From an uncultured virus (IMG/VR IMGVR_UViG_3300030102_003210) (taxonomy: Duplodnaviria; Heunggongvirae; Uroviricota; Caudoviricetes), in IMG/VR virus record IMGVR_UViG_3300030102_003210: a stretch of 64,000 nucleotides of DNA; one strand, given 5' to 3'. Each line of letters starts with the position of its first letter. The stretch's first letter is position 1. Both the position numbers and the translations under genes were made by a program. Shown piece after piece: positions 8,078 through 16,669 of this stretch. Under the pieces are notes generated by a model that was given only the letters and a program-made list of their open reading frames with translations, searched no databases and was not told the DNA's origin.

Positions 8078-10660
8078 ATGAAATCTTCGGGCGTATCTTT
8101 CGAGAAGGAGACAGAGGCTCTTACGAAAAGAGTTCTGAACTTCTTTGAGAGAGTTAGATATGCCTATCTCTCCGCCAAAGAGAATCCAAGGGAATATGGA
8201 AGTAAGTGGAAGGATACCGTAAAGAGCATTCGGGACAACTTCGATGGTCTTGGTAAGTTCTCTGAACTTCTCAAGGAAAAGATAAGTGAGAAGGAACTCT
8301 TTGATGATAAGGCTACCAATCCTGAGTCAAACGTAGCGAAGAAGGTCTACGAGGATGTAAAGAGGTTGAGATTCGAGACCTCTGAGATAAGTGACCCATT
8401 TGCCAAGCAACTAGGAGATAGGGTGTTGGAGACCCTATTGAGCGATGAGGCGGTGTTCGCTTCTTTCATACACTACGCACTACGGAGCCATGCCAACACA
8501 CTACCGAAGAAGGCTTGGGAAGAGAACGACCTGAAGCCCGACGAGATAACTCAGAACTCAGTGGGTCTAGACATAGAGGTCAAGGACATTCCCCTATACA
8601 TCATTGAGCATTACGGGGATGACAAGGACACGAAGAGGGTCAGGGGTAAGTTCAACAATGCCCTTGCTCTTCTGAAGAAGGTCTACCAAAGCAGATACTC
8701 GGAAGAGAGGTGGAACAACCTCAAGGACTTGGACATCGCTAAGTCTGACGAGCAGAAGGCTGACGTTGACTTCCTCATACCAAACAAGCCGATGTATAGA
8801 ATCTTTGAACTCGATGACATGAAGGAGATACTAGGTCTGAGCGGGGAGTTCGTCGTACAGGAGAAGTACGATGGCATGAGGGTTCAGATTCACAAGTTCA
8901 ACAACAACGTCAAGATATACTCCTACAACGAGAAGGACATCACCGATAAGTGTCCTGAGCAAGTTGAGAAGATGGGGAACAAGGCATTCGGTGATTGCAT
9001 ACTAGATGGTGAGTTGATGCTATTCAACGAGAAAGAGCCTCTACACAGGGCAGATACAATCACACATGTCTTCAAGAAAAAACTAGATGGTGGAAAACTA
9101 AGGCTGCACGTTTTCGACATAATGAGACATGAGGGCAAGGACTTAGCCGATGAGCCTCTAAGAGAGAGAATAAACATACTACTCTATCAATTCGCACAAC
9201 ATTCCTCAGAGGAACTTGCCTTTCCATCCAAGAGGGACACTAGAATAGCAGACTCCATGAAGGAGGTTGGTGAATACGCTGAGAAGATAATGGAAATGCC
9301 TACTTCTGAAGGCGTAGTCATAAAGGACATAGAATCAACATACTACATCGGTAAGAGGAAGAACCCCAAGTGGATAAAGTGGAAGAAGTTCGTTGACTTG
9401 GATGTCATTGTCTTAGACAGGAAGAAGACTGCCAGTGGAATGTTCTCGTACACTATGGGAGCAGGGCCATTAAGTGCTGAAGAGAAGAGAGAAATGAAGT
9501 CGGTTGAGTACGAAGGAAAGGACTACGCTCCCGTAGGAAAGGCACTAAACACCAAGATAGAGGTCGATGTTGGTAGCATTATACGAGTCAAGGTTGATGA
9601 GGTTAACAAGAAGAGCGACTCCTTCAGCCTATACTCTGCCAAGTTAATTGAACTTCCCGAGGTAGATGAGCCTGACAAGGTACGCACATTGGAGCAGTTG
9701 TCCAAGAAGACCAAGAAGTCACTATCGAGTCTAGTTGAGCCGATAGCAACGCCAAAGAGCGTGTTGAACCCATTGGCGGTGATGGCGGAACTACAGGCGA
9801 AGGACGTTAAGAACGTCAAGAAGTACATTGTGACTGACTATGTTCATGGCGAGGCAGAGATAATTGTGAAGAGCGATGTAGAGGGATTCACGGTGTATGG
9901 TCTCAAAGGAGACAAGTTGATGGAGAAGAATGCCATTGTGAATATGGATGAAATGAGGGAGCAGTTGTCTAAGTTCATGGGCGATAAGCAAGATAAACTA
10001 AGGATAGGAATACGAAAAATCCTAGAGAATCAACCACCGATGGAATACAAAGACCTAGAGGAAAAAGTTGTTGAAGAATTAGGAGATGACTATCTAGAAC
10101 ACTTCCAAGAGAAGGGAAGAACTCTACTGGCATGGTTGAAACAACAAGATGACTTTATTCAACACTCAGGGAAGAGATTTAGTTTGAATCCATCTAGTAT
10201 GAAGAAAGACGATGAAGAATCAGAGAAGACTGGCTCCTTTGAAGTCAGGCAGAGGGATGATGGTAACATAGACTTCATCATAGAAATTGGTGAAGATAGG
10301 ATGGCTTGGTTCATCGACCTAGATGACCCAACTGACATTTACGAATTATTTGGTAAGTCAGGGAAGTACCCGGCAATGGTCTCTGAGCAGATTGATAGTA
10401 CCAAGGTTCTAGACAGTGGAGATTTGATTCTTGGTGTTCAGAGACATGGATATCATGAGTACAGGATGGAAGGTAAGAAGTTCCAAACTAGAATACATTT
10501 TAGAGTCGTTCCACTTAATGAGAAGAAGTCGTGGATTGTATTCACAGGAACACAACAGAAGATGTTGGATGATGAGTCAGATGAGGGTATAATCAACATA
10601 GAAGAAGACAAATACAAAGATTTGGAGTTACCTGAACCACTAACATCAGAAAAAGAATAG
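8078..10660 (+). CDS. lig: Multidomain ATP-dependent DNA ligase in the head module, with a C-terminal degenerate LigD-phosphoesterase-like domain
   Basis: QEKYDGMR (motif I), ILDGEL, LHVFDI, EGVVIK and WIKWK motifs plus OB fold; extra N- and C-terminal domains. Confidence 0.85.
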   Translation: MKSSGVSFEKETEALTKRVLNFFERVRYAYLSAKENPREYGSKWKDTVKSIRDNFDGLGKFSELLKEKISEKELFDDKATNPESNVAKKVYEDVKRLRFETSEISDPFAKQLGDRVLETLLSDEAVFASFIHYALRSHANTLPKKAWEENDLKPDEITQNSVGLDIEVKDIPLYIIEHYGDDKDTKRVRGKFNNALALLKKVYQSRYSEERWNNLKDLDIAKSDEQKADVDFLIPNKPMYRIFELDDMKEILGLSGEFVVQEKYDGMRVQIHKFNNNVKIYSYNEKDITDKCPEQVEKMGNKAFGDCILDGELMLFNEKEPLHRADTITHVFKKKLDGGKLRLHVFDIMRHEGKDLADEPLRERINILLYQFAQHSSEELAFPSKRDTRIADSMKEVGEYAEKIMEMPTSEGVVIKDIESTYYIGKRKNPKWIKWKKFVDLDVIVLDRKKTASGMFSYTMGAGPLSAEEKREMKSVEYEGKDYAPVGKALNTKIEVDVGSIIRVKVDEVNKKSDSFSLYSAKLIELPEVDEPDKVRTLEQLSKKTKKSLSSLVEPIATPKSVLNPLAVMAELQAKDVKNVKKYIVTDYVHGEAEIIVKSDVEGFTVYGLKGDKLMEKNAIVNMDEMREQLSKFMGDKQDKLRIGIRKILENQPPMEYKDLEEKVVEELGDDYLEHFQEKGRTLLAWLKQQDDFIQHSGKRFSLNPSSMKKDDEESEKTGSFEVRQRDDGNIDFIIEIGEDRMAWFIDLDDPTDIYELFGKSGKYPAMVSEQIDSTKVLDSGDLILGVQRHGYHEYRMEGKKFQTRIHFRVVPLNEKKSWIVFTGTQQKMLDDESDEGIINIEEDKYKDLELPEPLTSEKE

Positions 10661-10667
10661 AACGTGT

Positions 10668-10682
10668 AGTTCATATAGTAAA
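10668..10682 (+). promoter_or_regulatory. Possible archaeal TATA-box promoter for a leaderless protease/capsid transcript
   Basis: TTCATATAGTAA about 25-30 nt upstream of GTG 10700; no SD present before that start. Confidence 0.3.
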
Positions 10683-10699
10683 AGAATATTCCTTTCGTA

Positions 10700-11965
10700 G
10701 TGTTTGCACCGCAGGAGGTTTTGATTAAGCAGGAATCAGATGCAGGTTTCTCCATACTAAAGTCAGATGAATTGACGATTGGAGGATATGCATCGATAGA
10801 AGTTGTAGACAAGCAAAATGACTTGATTACACTTGAAGCACTTGAGAAAGCCGTAGCGGAATTCATGAAGGAGAAAGCATATCGAAACGTAATGTCAAAC
10901 CATTCAAATGTTCAAGTCGGGGAGGTAATAGAGCAATATCGAGATACTAACGGGGTATTACACAAGACAGGTGTTGACAACGTTGGATTCTATGTAGTTA
11001 TCAAAATGAGAGATGACATAGAAAAGGCTAAGGAAATAGCAAGAGGTATCAGGAAAGGAACATTACGCTCTTTTAGCATAGGTGGACAGGCAATATCAAA
11101 GAAACAAAGAAAATCGGAGGAATACGGGGAATACAACGAGATTGATAGTCTTGAACTACATGAAGTAACAATCTGTGAGAAAGGAATAAACCCCGAAGCG
11201 AAATTCGACATATTAAAACAACAAGGAGGTGATAATGTGTCAGAAAAACTAGAAAGCGCACTTGCGGAGTTGAATGGTCTGCTAAAGCAGGTTCAGGAAG
11301 CGACTGGTGCAACAATGAAAACAGAAAAAGTTGAGAAAAAAGACGAAGTTGAAATGATGAACGAAAAGATGGATGATGTAGAGGACATGTCCTACAAAAC
11401 TGATGATGTAGAAGACATGGACTATGACAAGGAAAGCATGGATGATGAAGACATGGAAAGCATGGATGATGAGAAGAAAGCCCTTGACATTGATGCCAAC
11501 AGAGATGCTGGAAATGAAGCCGGAGAAAACGTTGTAGTAAACGGTAGCCCTGCTCCAAGGCCAGCAGCCCTAGGCAATGTGGCAAAAGGTTTGACTAACT
11601 CAGACTTTACCACCCTTGACTTGTCTCCTGAGAATGTGGAGAAAGCATACGAGCAGTATCGTGCTGAACAACTAGAGAAGTTGGCATACGACAACCTCTC
11701 TAAGCAGTTCGAGGCTAGGCTCTCTGAAGAGATGGAAATGAAGAAGTCTCTCGCAGAGAAGGCTGAGTACGATGCTCAGACTGAGGTTTCTGCTCTCAAA
11801 GAAGAGTTTGCAGAACTACGCAAGGCTCTAACCGCAGAGAAAGACGAGATTCGCAAGGCTACTGAGGTAGCAATGGGACTACCCGAGGGCTTCCCAACGA
11901 CTGCTGAAGCAGTTGCTGAGATGTCTTGGGGAGACATCCATAACCTTGCAAGGAGAGTGAACTAA
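10700..11965 (+). CDS. Prohead protease (HK97-like) fused to C-terminal scaffold
   Basis: GGYAS..VDKQND, SNH, SFSIGG and LHEVTICEKGINPEA protease motifs; acidic coiled-coil C-terminal half; directly upstream of MCP. Confidence 0.88.
   Translation: MFAPQEVLIKQESDAGFSILKSDELTIGGYASIEVVDKQNDLITLEALEKAVAEFMKEKAYRNVMSNHSNVQVGEVIEQYRDTNGVLHKTGVDNVGFYVVIKMRDDIEKAKEIARGIRKGTLRSFSIGGQAISKKQRKSEEYGEYNEIDSLELHEVTICEKGINPEAKFDILKQQGGDNVSEKLESALAELNGLLKQVQEATGATMKTEKVEKKDEVEMMNEKMDDVEDMSYKTDDVEDMDYDKESMDDEDMESMDDEKKALDIDANRDAGNEAGENVVVNGSPAPRPAALGNVAKGLTNSDFTTLDLSPENVEKAYEQYRAEQLEKLAYDNLSKQFEARLSEEMEMKKSLAEKAEYDAQTEVSALKEEFAELRKALTAEKDEIRKATEVAMGLPEGFPTTAEAVAEMSWGDIHNLARRVN
11369..11480 (+). repeat. Short acidic tandem repeat (DDVEDM / ESMDDE) in the scaffold linker
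   Basis: gatgatgtagaggacatg / gatgatgtagaagacatg and gaaagcatggatgatga repeated. Confidence 0.6.
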
Positions 11966-11966
11966 G

Positions 11967-13328
11967 ATGAGTGGATACATTAACACATTGAAAGACCTAG
12001 AAGCAGCCACCTACGGCTACGCTGGCGCACAGGGTAACGCCCTGCTAAAGGCTGCTGGTGTTGTCGGTGGTTTCGGAACGCCCCACGACGCAGCAAGCAA
12101 CCCGTTCTCTGCTGCTAGTGGATTGGGAGACCTATACAACGTCCTTTACGGACAGAAAGTTTGGTCGATGCTCAACCAAGAGGTTAACGCATTGTCCATG
12201 CTATCCAAGAGGCCATACACATCTAGCGGTTGGAGAGTTCTAAAGAGCCGACCTCAAGGTGGCTCCGGTTCTACATTCGATGTAGGCACTGGTGCAAGTG
12301 GCTCCGCTACACCAAGGGCAGACAGCATTGGTGGTGTCGGTGAGAACGCAACTCTAGGAACTGGAAACGATATTCCAGCACTTGCTCCTGAGTACGAGAA
12401 ACTATACATCAGCCCAAAGACTGTTGCTCACTTGTTTGAGTTCTCAGAACTTGGTATGGAACTTGCAGCCATCGATGATGGTGTAGGTGACATCAGGGCA
12501 ATCGTCCGTGAGGACATGGGTAAGCACCACGCTGAAGCACAGGCAAAGATGCTACTAATGCCTCTTGAGAGGTATGACGATGGTACATCGACCAACATCG
12601 AGAGAAACTACACTTCTCTCCTGAAGATTGTTTCATCTGCTGGTGAGATTGCTGCCATGTATAACGCAAACCTATTGGACACTGGTGCTAACAACGGTAA
12701 CGATGCCGCAGTTGTCGCTGATGTTGTAAGACTGTTCGGTACTTCCCGAACTGTCTCTGTATCCAGCAACGCTGCAACTGGAACTGCTTCCTTCTTGGAC
12801 GCAGAGGTTGACTTCGGTGACGGATACGCTGCTGGTGACGCAAGGGTCATGACGTTGACACTACTTAACGACATGATACGCAGAATCAGGCAGAACGGTG
12901 GAAACCCCAAGGTTATCCTAACTGGATACGACACAGTTCAGCACCTCGCTGACCTTCTACAGGCACAAGAGAGGTTCATGGACAGGAGAGAGGTCGTACC
13001 AACCCACAACGGAGTTCGTGGCGTAAAGGGTGCAGAGGTTGGATTCAGAGTAGCGACCTACTATGACATACCAATCATCCCAACCAAGGACATGCCTAGC
13101 ACTGGTGCAAACACCACCAACACTCTGAGTGACATGCTCATCCTAGACACAGACCATCTGTGGCTATCGGTGATGAAGCCTACTCAGTATTTCGAGGATG
13201 GTATCACTAGCGGAAACCCATTCGGTGTTGGCAAACTAGGGAACCAAGGAATGTACCGGACGATGGGCGAGACTGGATGCTCGTTCTTCAAAGCACAGGG
13301 TAAGATTACGAACCTAAAGAGTGCTTGA
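11967..13328 (+). CDS. Major capsid protein (HK97 fold)
   Basis: 453 aa directly after the protease; YDIPIIPTKDMP, ILDTDHLWL and QGKITNLK C-terminal motifs typical of HK97-fold MCPs. Confidence 0.88.
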   Translation: MSGYINTLKDLEAATYGYAGAQGNALLKAAGVVGGFGTPHDAASNPFSAASGLGDLYNVLYGQKVWSMLNQEVNALSMLSKRPYTSSGWRVLKSRPQGGSGSTFDVGTGASGSATPRADSIGGVGENATLGTGNDIPALAPEYEKLYISPKTVAHLFEFSELGMELAAIDDGVGDIRAIVREDMGKHHAEAQAKMLLMPLERYDDGTSTNIERNYTSLLKIVSSAGEIAAMYNANLLDTGANNGNDAAVVADVVRLFGTSRTVSVSSNAATGTASFLDAEVDFGDGYAAGDARVMTLTLLNDMIRRIRQNGGNPKVILTGYDTVQHLADLLQAQERFMDRREVVPTHNGVRGVKGAEVGFRVATYYDIPIIPTKDMPSTGANTTNTLSDMLILDTDHLWLSVMKPTQYFEDGITSGNPFGVGKLGNQGMYRTMGETGCSFFKAQGKITNLKSA

Positions 13329-13339
13329 GGTGATTAGGA

Positions 13340-13675
13340 GTGGCACATACAGTTACATTAGTCGCTGACCACAAGGGCGTAACTGCCCCAAAGGTCGTCG
13401 GTGACGAGTATGTGGTTGATGCGGTGGTTAACATCACTGCATACGTTCAGGGTGGAATCACCTTGACTGCTGCTTCCCTTGGACTTTCTTCACTGCACTG
13501 TGTAATGGTCACAGGCGTTGAGGAAATTGGTCACGACGCAAGAGCCGTCATTAGCACCGCAGGTGCATATGAGTCAGGAACAAGTGCCAAACTTATCCTG
13601 TCAACTGGCTCTGCACAACAATCAGGTACAGCAGATGAAGGCATGGTTAGAGTTCGTGCCTATGGTAATCTCTGA
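13340..13675 (+). CDS. Putative capsid decoration/cement protein
   Basis: Small beta-rich protein immediately after MCP with GAGGTGA SD. Confidence 0.55.
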   Translation: MAHTVTLVADHKGVTAPKVVGDEYVVDAVVNITAYVQGGITLTAASLGLSSLHCVMVTGVEEIGHDARAVISTAGAYESGTSAKLILSTGSAQQSGTADEGMVRVRAYGNL

Positions 13676-13703
13676 AATAACAATGATTAAGTGATAACGT
13701 AAA

Positions 13704-13741
13704 GTAGTAGCCTCTGCCCGTAATAGGGCAGGGGTTACTAC
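13704..13741 (+). promoter_or_regulatory. 16-bp RNA stem-loop after the capsid genes
   Basis: GTAGTAGCCTCTGCCC-GTAATA-GGGCAGGGGTTACTAC; two G-U pairs form only on the + strand RNA. Confidence 0.7.
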
Positions 13742-13765
13742 CAACAAAAAAAATAAGGTGATTGA

Positions 13766-14233
13766 ATGGCTAATGTTAAATTAAAGAACCATAGAGTAAG
13801 TGGTCCTCTTCTACTAAGAAGAGCAGGTGCTACTTATGCTCTAACAGCACAAGAAGAAACAAAAGTCCCTTTGGGAATAGCAGTGGGAATGCTAGGAGAC
13901 ACAGGGCTACTCGTAGAGTTAAACTCTGACGATGAAGCAGACATACTATCTGCAAACGAACATACCTTAGAACTACTAAGAAGAGAGTTCGGTATAGAGG
14001 GAGATGCCAAAGCAATACAAGGAGCATTATTCCCAAAGAAATCCTTTGCAGCCAAGGCGATGAAAAGCATCACGCCAGTAGAGGAACCCGAAGCACCTGA
14101 AGAGGTCGCAGAGGAAACTATTGACTACTCAAAATATACAGTAAAGCAACTCAGGGAGATGCTTGAGGAAAGAGGACTATCAACTGACGGTAAAAAAGCA
14201 GAATTGGTAGAGAGGATGTCGGGGGCTGAATAA
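13766..14233 (+). CDS. Protein with C-terminal SAP DNA-binding domain
   Basis: YSKYTVKQLREMLEERGLSTDGKKAELVERM matches the SAP consensus. Confidence 0.75.
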   Translation: MANVKLKNHRVSGPLLLRRAGATYALTAQEETKVPLGIAVGMLGDTGLLVELNSDDEADILSANEHTLELLRREFGIEGDAKAIQGALFPKKSFAAKAMKSITPVEEPEAPEEVAEETIDYSKYTVKQLREMLEERGLSTDGKKAELVERMSGAE

Positions 14234-14532
14234 TGGCAAACCCCACATGTAACAGCAGTGGAGTTCTATCCTCTTCAACTGTCGTAGCAAAACATCACGC
14301 TAAGATAATGAGCGTACATGCTACATCCACGGCAAACGCACTATTCACTGTCAAAATCTGGGACAGTGACAATTCTACAACCACTGGAAAGAAGGAGGTA
14401 GCAAGACTACAACTACATGCGGGTGGAACTGCTCAGACAATCGAGCAAGACCTTCATGGTGTTCTAGTTGCTAATGGCATATATGCACAGATAGCAGCAG
14501 GAACCGGAACTGTTTCAGTCAACTTTGCTTGA
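14233..14532 (+). CDS. Small beta-rich protein, probably structural
   Basis: TAATG-coupled; composition like virion beta-sandwich proteins. Confidence 0.55.
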   Translation: MANPTCNSSGVLSSSTVVAKHHAKIMSVHATSTANALFTVKIWDSDNSTTTGKKEVARLQLHAGGTAQTIEQDLHGVLVANGIYAQIAAGTGTVSVNFA

Positions 14533-14541
14533 GGTGCTTCT

Positions 14542-14967
14542 ATGCCAAGTATAGATACAGATACCCGTCTAGTGATGACTGTTCTTTTTGTTGGTGCTAT
14601 CAGTGGCATTAACGTATACTTCTTCTCACAGTATGGTTCAACCTTCGTTAATGCATATGGTCCCTATCCTGTCGCTGTCATATTCGGTGTTTTGACAGTA
14701 GGTGGGATAATGATTCTCAAGGCATTATTCGATTTGATACTAAATGACTACATTGAGGATTTCCTGCTTCAGCGACAGATAAACGCTTATTGGAACAGAA
14801 AGGCAAGAGACGAGGACAACAGAAAGAGGGTGAGGGAATCCATGAGAAACTTCCAGCAGCAGTTTGGAGTTCCTATGGTATATGGAGACAGTGTTATTCC
14901 TAATCTACCGCAACCCCAAGATGCTCAAACTGTTAGTCCTACCTTCTTAACAGGTTTCAATGAGTGA
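14542..14967 (+). CDS. Membrane protein (2 TM helices plus charged/coiled-coil tail)
   Basis: Hydrophobic stretches LVMTVLFVGAISGINVYFF and VAVIFGVLTVGGIMILKALF; GAGGTG SD. Confidence 0.75.
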   Translation: MPSIDTDTRLVMTVLFVGAISGINVYFFSQYGSTFVNAYGPYPVAVIFGVLTVGGIMILKALFDLILNDYIEDFLLQRQINAYWNRKARDEDNRKRVRESMRNFQQQFGVPMVYGDSVIPNLPQPQDAQTVSPTFLTGFNE

Positions 14968-14972
14968 TTGAG

Positions 14973-15194
14973 ATGGTTAGTGAAATCCTATTTGGGATGG
15001 ATGAAACGACTCTTGCCTATGATTTGCAGAGAGCGCATTCTGCCGATGTGTGGTTTCTACGAGCGAGGTTTTGGCTTTGGGGAACGATATCATCCATTGC
15101 TTGTTTCATACTAGGACATGCAGTAGCAATATTTGGAATCAACCTATTTACAGGAGGATGGCATGTGATATCCTCTCTTTGGGGCGGTCACTGA
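14973..15194 (+). CDS. Small membrane protein
   Basis: FWLWGTISSIACFILGHAVAIFGINLF hydrophobic segment; ORF open from 14964. Confidence 0.65.
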   Translation: MVSEILFGMDETTLAYDLQRAHSADVWFLRARFWLWGTISSIACFILGHAVAIFGINLFTGGWHVISSLWGGH

Positions 15195-15248
15195 CTTCTC
15201 AACAATTTTAATGCTCTCCGACATCCGACTCACTGGTGAGGTGATAGT

Positions 15249-15920
15249 ATGTCGGTGATGGCAGGTTTCGCTATACTCATGGTGGAGGCGATGAACAAGT
15301 TGTATAATCGTCTTCATGCAATCAATTTCGGTATTTATGGGGCGAGTCAAGCAGGAAAAACCACACTGCACAAGCAACTAACAACTCGGGGGGAAGTTCC
15401 TGAAATTAAAAAAAGAACAGTGGGCAGACACAGAGCAACTAGAAAGTTCGTAAAAATAGATGGTGATGCTCATACTGTTAAGACAGCAGACATTGGTGGA
15501 CAAACAGTATATTGGGGAGAATGGGTAAAGGACATGCGAACTAGGCATGTGAAATATATCATATTCATGTTCGATGACAGACATCTCAGCAAGCACTATG
15601 ATATTGAACAGCAACTATGCTGGACATTTCTAGTTGATACGATATGCAATCAATATTGGGAAACTGGTGGCAGAAAGAAGAAGAAACAAGACCATGATTT
15701 CCCATTGGCTGTTGGTCTTTGGGCAAACAAGTACGACCTATGGAAAGACAAGTATCCACACAACGGAAAAATAGAGGACCATCCTATATTTGAGTCATTC
15801 AAACCGGGCCTACAGAGATTGAATGATGCAGGTATCCCCTGTCACAAATACATTGTCAGTGCCAAGTCTGATTCAGAAATGGTATACCGTGGAGTCCTAA
15901 CAATGATAAAAGACTACTAG
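15249..15920 (+). CDS. Ras-superfamily small GTPase, Arf/Sar1-like
   Basis: G1 GASQAGKT, G2 RTVG, G3 DIGGQ, G4 NKYD, G5 SAK; N-terminal hydrophobic/amphipathic helix; GAGGTGA SD. Confidence 0.88.
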   Translation: MSVMAGFAILMVEAMNKLYNRLHAINFGIYGASQAGKTTLHKQLTTRGEVPEIKKRTVGRHRATRKFVKIDGDAHTVKTADIGGQTVYWGEWVKDMRTRHVKYIIFMFDDRHLSKHYDIEQQLCWTFLVDTICNQYWETGGRKKKKQDHDFPLAVGLWANKYDLWKDKYPHNGKIEDHPIFESFKPGLQRLNDAGIPCHKYIVSAKSDSEMVYRGVLTMIKDY

Positions 15921-15935
15921 TTAGTCAGAATAGAC

Positions 15936-15954
15936 AGGCTCATAGTGTGAGCCT
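15936..15954 (+). promoter_or_regulatory. Short intergenic hairpin after the GTPase gene
   Basis: AGGCTCA-TAGTG-TGAGCCT inverted repeat. Confidence 0.35.
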
Positions 15955-15976
15955 ATCATAAGGAGTTGAAAAAAGA

Positions 15977-16669
15977 ATGGCAATGCAACAATTTCAGCCT
16001 CCAAGTTTGATTGGAGCAACGAATGCGACAGTGAATACAGGCGGTGTAAATCCGTTCCTAGACCGATTTACTGCGGCTAGGGCGGCTGGCCCTATAATGG
16101 CCTATGAGTATAAGGCCATGAAACCTAAGAAACAATTGAAAGAGATAGTGAAGGTATTGAAACCTGAAAAGAAAACATTTCTCAAAATACCCTACGCTTT
16201 CAAGTATAACTTCAAGGATAGGTGTGTGATATGTGGAACACAGAAGTTTTGGACAGCAGATGATACTAGGAGACCCCCTCTTCCACTGCACAAGGTTCGC
16301 AAGGGATATCCAATGAGAGGGACATACTGTGAGAAACACGCAGCGATACACATGCAGTATGAGATGTTAGAGCAACAGATACTAGCAGAGGAACATGGGC
16401 TTTCTTTCAGTGCGTACATTCCATCTGCTAAGAGTTTGAATCCAGTTAACCTAATGAAATCAGGACCACTTACTACTTTGAGACAGGAAGACATAAACTC
16501 CCTTTCCTCCCTAGGTTGGAACATAACACCTCCGAAAAATACCTCTGCAACACCGGAAGAGCAATTGTATTCCCTTATGATACAGCAGTCAGCAATGTCA
16601 GAGAGGGTTAAGTCCTTATTGAAGAATGGTGTCGAAGTACCTGTCGAAACTACGGAGAGTGAAGCATAA
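15977..16669 (+). CDS. Zn-finger protein (CxxC...CxxH, treble-clef-like)
   Basis: RCVICGTQKFW...GTYCEKHAAIH. Confidence 0.7.
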   Translation: MAMQQFQPPSLIGATNATVNTGGVNPFLDRFTAARAAGPIMAYEYKAMKPKKQLKEIVKVLKPEKKTFLKIPYAFKYNFKDRCVICGTQKFWTADDTRRPPLPLHKVRKGYPMRGTYCEKHAAIHMQYEMLEQQILAEEHGLSFSAYIPSAKSLNPVNLMKSGPLTTLRQEDINSLSSLGWNITPPKNTSATPEEQLYSLMIQQSAMSERVKSLLKNGVEVPVETTESEA

